NCBI GenBank assembly: GCA_009914755.4
Contig: CP086569.2
Coordinates: 13,824,001 to 13,888,000, forward strand
DNA length: 64,000 bases
Direction of reading: 5' to 3'
DNA from: the human T2T-CHM13v2.0 reference genome, Homo sapiens
Shown here: in pieces, positions 57,111-64,000 of the stretch
How the letters are laid out: every line of letters begins with the position of its first letter
Position numbering within the stretch: position 1 is the first letter of the stretch
Translations under genes and position numbers: made by a program
Notes under the pieces: generated by a model
What the model saw: the letters and a program-made list of their open reading frames with translations, nothing else
Told to the model about the DNA's origin: nothing
The model's database searches: none

Positions 57111-59603
57111 TATTATTTTTGCTTTTAATTCTGTTTACATGGTGAGTTACATTTATTAATACTGTTTAGAAATAAAATGTAATGATCATTGATACATGCA
57201 ACAACATGGATGGATATTGAAATTATTACACTAAAAAAGAAACTGAGTGTCTATTATGACATTCTAGAATATAAATACTGTTTTATAGTAAGAAAAGCCG
57301 ATCACTAGTTGAATAAGGATGGGTTAAGTGAAGGGATGAATTACAAAGTGGTGTGAGAAATGTTTGAGTGATGGAAGCTTTTGTTGTCTTTGTCAAAATG
57401 ATAAAATTGTACAATAAAAATGTGTTGTATATCATGCTTCAGTTATGTCTAAATTTGTAAGAAAAATTAAATGTATAGTTTCAGGGAATATAAAGTTCTT
57501 ATCCAAAATGACACAGTAGCAATAAGATATGATATAAATAAAGTTTTTAAAGCTGTATGGTAAACCACATGCCAAATTATCAATCATGATGGACTGTGTA
57601 TACCTATTGCTGGGCTCCTATAGTATCTTTTTCCTCTATGTTAAAAGAATTGTTATCTTTGTCTCACTGATATAATTGTAATCTTTTTTCCTGAATGCTC
57701 TATGAGCACCAGAGATGTTCCACATTTTTAAATCTTTCACCAGAGTGCCTAGTCTAAGTAGGGTTAACTAATTTTCTATTAGTAGCCAGAATATATTCCA
57801 GGATATCTTTCTCTCACTGTTGGAAGTATGGAATAGTCATAAATATGATGGCAATCTGACTAGATGTATGGCCATTCCTTCCAAAGGTTTTGATTAAGAC
57901 ATAGGAATCCATAGCCATGGAAAAAGAAACTTATATCCTCCATAGAGAGTCTATGCCCTGGATTCTCCTTGAAGTACTCTGTAATGTTTCTCCGGAGTTC
58001 TATAGCTCATGCATGAAATGTCTAGTAGAGAATTTGGAAATGACATACCCATTACTGCAGCCTTTATTTAATTCAGAGAAAAATATTTAGATCTTAAACA
58101 CTTGGCAATGGTGGTCTTAAGTTTATAGCATGTGACTACTAAGGGTGTAGGCATTAAATATTTTCAGTGTACTTAGAGATTTAGTAAAGGCAGGCATGTT
58201 CAAGTGTCATGAACTTGGCACAATGGTCTAAAAAACCATGGACTGTAGGTATAATCCATTTAAAACCACTAGAAAAATTATTTTTTCTAATGGAGAAATT
58301 CAATGGTAGATTCAGAATCTTTAGCAATATTGGTCAAATAAAATGAATCAATTTGCTGTATTCACCAGTACCAAATTCCTGATTAAAGCATGATTACTAC
58401 TCATTTTAACTTGAATTTGATCCCACAGAGTGCTCAGGAAGAGCAACAGAAGATTGATTGTACTTGTTTAGTTGTCTGTAACCATTATCAATTACAGAGT
58501 CAATGTAAATATTTTATACCTTTGTGTAAATGTTTATAAAAGGTTTACACCTACTTATGTTAATTTACAAGGTTTGTGTGTATAATAAAACACACTTGAA
58601 TTTAAAAGAATAAAAATTTTACCCATTCTCTTACCCCATGCAGCCTCATGATCACCCCTTTATTTAATTGAAACTTAAACACCAGGAGTTTTCGGCACTG
58701 TAATGGGAGAATGGTAATGTAGATAAGGTATCCCTCAGCACCCTGATCAATAAGGAATCACTTTTCACATTATATTGTTTAACAAATTCTATGCTCCAAC
58801 TGCTCCAAATTATGGATACTCATGTGGTACAGAGTATTATTAAATGGACCACAAAGTTGTGAGAAATGCTGAGGTCACTGCAGTTGGGTCAATGGTCAGG
58901 AGACAGTAAAGAATTTCATGGAAAGAAGAAGCCTGTCAGCAGACTTCAAAACAAGTTTGGGCATTATGACCTTCTGGGTGGGACAGATTACAGGATGAAA
59001 GAAGGAAGGGAGAATATATTTGTTTTCTCTCCTGCAATATGAGCATAATCATGCACACCTCTTAGGGTTTATATGTTCTATAAGCACTGTAATTTATATT
59101 TAGCACATTGCACGGCATCTGACATTTAGTTAGATAAACATGAATGTGAGATATCAGAAAGACCAGCCTTTGTTTTGTCATTACTATTTTGGTTATCTTC
59201 AGCATCATAATCATCTCTCAAATATTTTTCATCAAGCCTGGAGTAAAAGGTAATAAATGGGATGCAGGAGCTTGTTTTGGTCCAAGGGTATGTAGGGAAA
59301 CACAATCTATTTTGTAACTAGAAAACTCTGAGTACAAAGAGTTTATTGTTTTGAGGAAGGTAATGTAATATCTGAGAAGATTTCGGAGCATTCATGAAAT
59401 ATATAAATGCCAACAGGATGAAGAGGAGAAATGAGATGAACTTTGAAATTACATGAATGCCTACTGTTTCTCAAAAATACAGGTGAAATGATTCATTATT
59501 TTTGAAATTGGATGGAGTGTAAAGCATAGCTCAGGTGCTTAATTGCAGCTAAGATATTTATAGGCCTACAACATTTAAATAGATCATTAGAAAAATTAAA
59601 AGG

Positions 59604-59956
<353 letters not shown>

Positions 59957-61399
59957 TCATCAAAATACTTAGCTCTGAATTATGGAAAACCCCCAAACTT
60001 GTCTTTCTGATCAATAAAATAAAAAAGTGACAGAAATTTCCTCTTCCCTCCATTTTTACTTACTTCTTTCCACCTCCATTTCTTCTTTTTCTTGAAACAA
60101 CTTGCAAAATCTTTTATCATCACTTTGCATTTTAATAACAGCAGAGAGTGATATCAGCAAAATGGCAGAGTAAGAGATAGCTGCAAAATACATTTACTGG
60201 TTATCAGTTCTAAGAAAAGACACAAACTGCATGGAGAATAGTAAAGATCATCACTATAAGAACCACCAGGAATAGGAGTCTAGTAACTGAATTCAGCCCA
60301 CTGTAGCCTACAATGCTGCTTTACCACTTGTCCCAGTCTGGTTAAACAGAACATTCACACACATAACTTATATGAAGCAGATTTATTACTTATAGGTAGG
60401 CAAGAAAGGACAGCAGACTCTAGGATTTATGATAAGCCAGTATCCCAAGGCTCCTAAAATCTGCCAAGGGCAGAAGGAATCTTGGCTGTGCATGCACTAC
60501 TTCAAGGACCCTGGGAGTTAGCCCATATCTATTTCCCAGGGGCAACTCGTTTTGCTGAACTGGAGTTGACGTTTTGTTTCTAAGGCAGACAGAAACAGAG
60601 TGTGGGCTCTCTTGGGGGCAATTCTTCCCTCTCTCAAAATATTACTTTCTTTGGGAAGGGCAGAAACAAGCCTGGGCTGTTTTAGGTAGTTCCTCCCGAT
60701 CAAGGGATCTTGCATTCCCAGCTTATTCTACATCCTCTTGCTTGTTGTTTTCAGAATAATTGTAGATTTCATGTTCAGCTATTCATGAACAAAATTGTGT
60801 TGAGTTCAAAGGTCCATTTAAAAACCTGTAGCAAAACAGTGGAGCAACAACAACAAAATAGAGAATAATAGTACAGAATGAATCACTGGGGAAACAAGCA
60901 CACCTGTGATGTTTGCAGATGGCTAAGTCAAAGAACAAGGGTGGCTATCAGGGTCAACCAAGCAGCAAGTGCCAAGGCAGTCCCCAGGGGTTGTTTGCAG
61001 AGGATACTGGCACACTTACACACACAACTGAGGTAACAATAGCCACCCATACCTTGGAATCCCCAGATTGAGAGACATCCCGTGGTTCGCTCCAGTAAGA
61101 AAGAACCCTGGTATTAGAGCCACTAACCCCTCGCAATCCTGTGCCCACCACTGACCCAGAACCAAGGCAGTTACATCCATACACATTCTCCAGACCCTAG
61201 CTCTGCCACAGCTATGCATGTGCTCACTTTTGCGAACCTGGCTCTCCAACAGCAGCATCTCATGCATCTGAAACTCTAATAGACAAGCCACAATTTCTGG
61301 GAGCTAACTATGGCTTCCAGGCCTGGGTCACTTTTAGAAGATAAACACCAGCAGGAGTGAGGGGTTCTCTGGGTGGAGGGAATCACTCTGAGCCATATT

Positions 61400-64000
61400 T
61401 CAAATATGAGCTCTGAAAAATAAAATGGTAAATTTTCTCAAGAAAGGAAACAGTAATAAATCGATAGATGTTAATCCCACTATGTCAATAATCACTTTAA
61501 TTAAATGAACAGTCGATGGTGTAAATGCACTAATTAAACGAATGTAGATTTTCAAAATTGGTCAAAAACAGTACCCACTTTAAATTTAAATAAAGGCATT
61601 GAGAAATATATTAAGCTAACACTAATCAAAAGAAAGCAAGAGTAGTTACATTAATTTCAGACAGAGTGTCTTCAAAGGAAGGAAGGTTGTCTTCAAAAAA
61701 GCCGACCATTACCTAATGACAAAGGGTTCAATTCTCCAAGGACACAAAACAATTCTTAATGTGCACAGACCTAACAATTGAGCATCAAATACATGAGGCA
61801 AAAACTAATGGAACTGCAAGGAAAAATAGGCAAATCCACTATCATAGAGACTTCAACATCCATCTATCAGTAATGAACAGGCTGAGCAGTCAGAAAATGA
61901 GTAAAGACATAGTGGAACTCAAAGTCACCACCAACCAAAGGGATACAATTGACACACATAAATGACTCCATCCATCAATAGTAGAAAACACAATCTCCTC
62001 AAGGTCACATGGAATATTCACTGAGACAATAGTTAACAATAACAATATTGCACTGGGTACTGGAAATTTGCTGAGGCTAGACTGTAAGGGTTCTTACCAC
62101 AAGCACACAGAGAGGTAACCATGTGGGATGATAGATATGTAGTAATTATTTAACTCTGTATATGTATATGAAAATATTTGTTGTACATCTTAATATATAT
62201 ACATGTACATATATATGTACACCTTAAATATAAACAATAAAAATAAATAAGAAAAAACTTGCATTTACAATAGCATAAAAAAGAATAAAATACTTAGCAA
62301 TAAACTTACGGAGGTGGAAAACATATGTAATGAAAACTATAAACATATTGATGAAAGAAACTGAAGTCACAAATAAAGAGAAATAAAATCTGTGTTCCTT
62401 TATTGAAAGGATTAAGGTTGTTAAAATGCACACTACCCACACCAATCTACAGATTTCATATAATTGTTATTAAAATCCCAGTGTCCTTTCTTTGTAGAAA
62501 TAGAAAAAACAATCATGCAATTCATATGGAAACACAAAAAACTCAAAGTAGTCAAAGCAATTCTGAGAAAGAACAAAGCTGATGGCATCACATTTCTTAT
62601 TTCAAAATATATTGTAACATTCTGGACATTATAGCACCGTCATAAAAACAGACAAAAAGACTGTGAAAAAGAACAGAAAGCCCAGAAATAAATCGATACA
62701 TATACTCTCAACTGATCTGCATTCCAGTAGGGAGACAAGAAACACAATGATGAAAAAAGATAATCTCTCCAATAAATGGTGTTGGAAATATTGGACAGCC
62801 ACATGCAAAAGAATAAGTTGGATCCTTGACTTAGACTATACACAAAAACTAACTCAAATGCATTAAAGAATTAAACTGAAAACTTGAGACTGTGAAACCT
62901 CTGCAGTGGAACACAGTGGAAAAGTTTCATGATACTGGGCTTGATAATGATTTTTTGAATATGATATCAAAAGTACAGGCAAGAAAGCAAAGTTAGATAA
63001 GTTGGACTATAATAAACTCAAAGCCTTCTGCACAGCAAAGGAAACAACCGACAGAGTAAAACAGCAACCTGTGGAATGGAATATATTTGCTCATATATCT
63101 GATAAGGAATTAATATAAAAAAATCAGCAACTCCTACAATGCCACAGCAAAAAAATAATTAGAAACGGGCAAAGCACCTGAGTAGACATTTCTCAAAATG
63201 GTCAACAGGCATATGGAAAGGTGGTCAACTTCATTACAGTCATTAGAGAAATACAGATCCAAACCACAGTAAGATATAACCTCAAACCTGTTAGAATGGC
63301 TATCACTTAAAAAAACAAAATACAATGTGTTGGTGAAGATGTAGAGACATTAGAACCTAGTACACTTTGATGGGAATGCAAATGGTGACACTGCTATAAA
63401 AATAGTATGAAGTTTCCTCAAAAAATTAAAAACAATAATCAAATAATCCAGCAATCCCATCTTGGCATATATACAATAGAATTGAAATAAGGATCTTGAA
63501 GAGATATTGCATTCCTATGTGTGGTATAGCTTTATTCATAGTAGCCAAATTATGGAAACAACATAAATGTTTTTCTACAGATGAATGGATAAAGAAAGTG
63601 TGTTATATACACACAATTGAATACTATTCAGCCTTTAAAAAGAAGGAAATTGTATCAATTGTAAACAGATGGGTGAATCTGGAAGACATTATAGGAAATA
63701 AGAAGCCAGGCACACAAAGACAAATACTGCATTATCTCATTTATTTGTGGGATGTAAAAAATGTTGCACTCATTAAATAAAATGTAGAATGGTGGTTATG
63801 AGAGCCTGCGAGCAGAGAGGAAAGGGGCTGACAAGATGTTGGTCAAAGAGTACAGAGTTTCAGCTAGAGAGGAAGAAAATATTTTTGAGATCGACTACAT
63901 AACATAGTGACTACGGTTAATAATATTGTAACGTACATTTCAAAATTGCTAAAAGAGTAGGTTTTAAATGTTTTTACCACCACAAGATAAGTATGTGAGG
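61400..64000 (+). mobile_element. old L1 (L1M/L1P-like) ORF2 region, sense, internally deleted, runs to the window end
   Basis: Plus-strand ORFs match L1 ORF2 EN (..NGTARKNRQIHYHRDFNIHLSVMNRLSSQKMSKDIVELK..), middle (..NKWCWKYWTATCKR..) and C-terminus (..KLWKQHKCFSTDEWIKKVCYIHTIEYYSAFKKKEIVS..). Confidence 0.8.

Overview
This window is primate (almost certainly human) Y-chromosome DNA, not prokaryotic. The first ~4.7 kb on the + strand holds the 3' portion of a spliced DEAD-box helicase gene that matches DDX3Y (AZFa interval): seven coding exons with GT/AG boundaries, stop codon at 2391-2393, then a long 3' UTR with several AATAAA signals. Residues such as [24 protein letters not shown] and [21 protein letters not shown] fit my recollection of DDX3Y rather than DDX3X. 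The remaining ~59 kb is AT-rich and gene-poor. It is packed with interspersed repeats: about 26 Alu copies, at least six L1 fragments (two nested cases), three MaLR (THE1/MST-like) LTRs, one MADE1 mariner MITE, two degenerate class-I (gamma-retrovirus-like) endogenous retroviruses, and several microsatellites. ERV A is a minus-strand LTR-gag-LTR remnant at 6620-10989 with a tRNA-Pro-like primer binding site and a polypurine tract. ERV B is a ~9-11 kb plus-strand provirus remnant at ~35-46.4 kb carrying gag, PR, RT, RNase H, IN and env TM remnants and several secondary insertions. The microsatellites include a 420-bp (TTCC/TTTC)n tract and a (CA)n(TA)n array. I found no CRISPR arrays, operons or other prokaryotic-type systems, and no convincing second host gene. 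Nearly all small ORFs in the six-frame track are translations of Alu, L1, ERV or microsatellite sequence. All repeat calls are by eye from consensus memory. Coordinates for repeats are accurate to roughly +/-10-20 bp.
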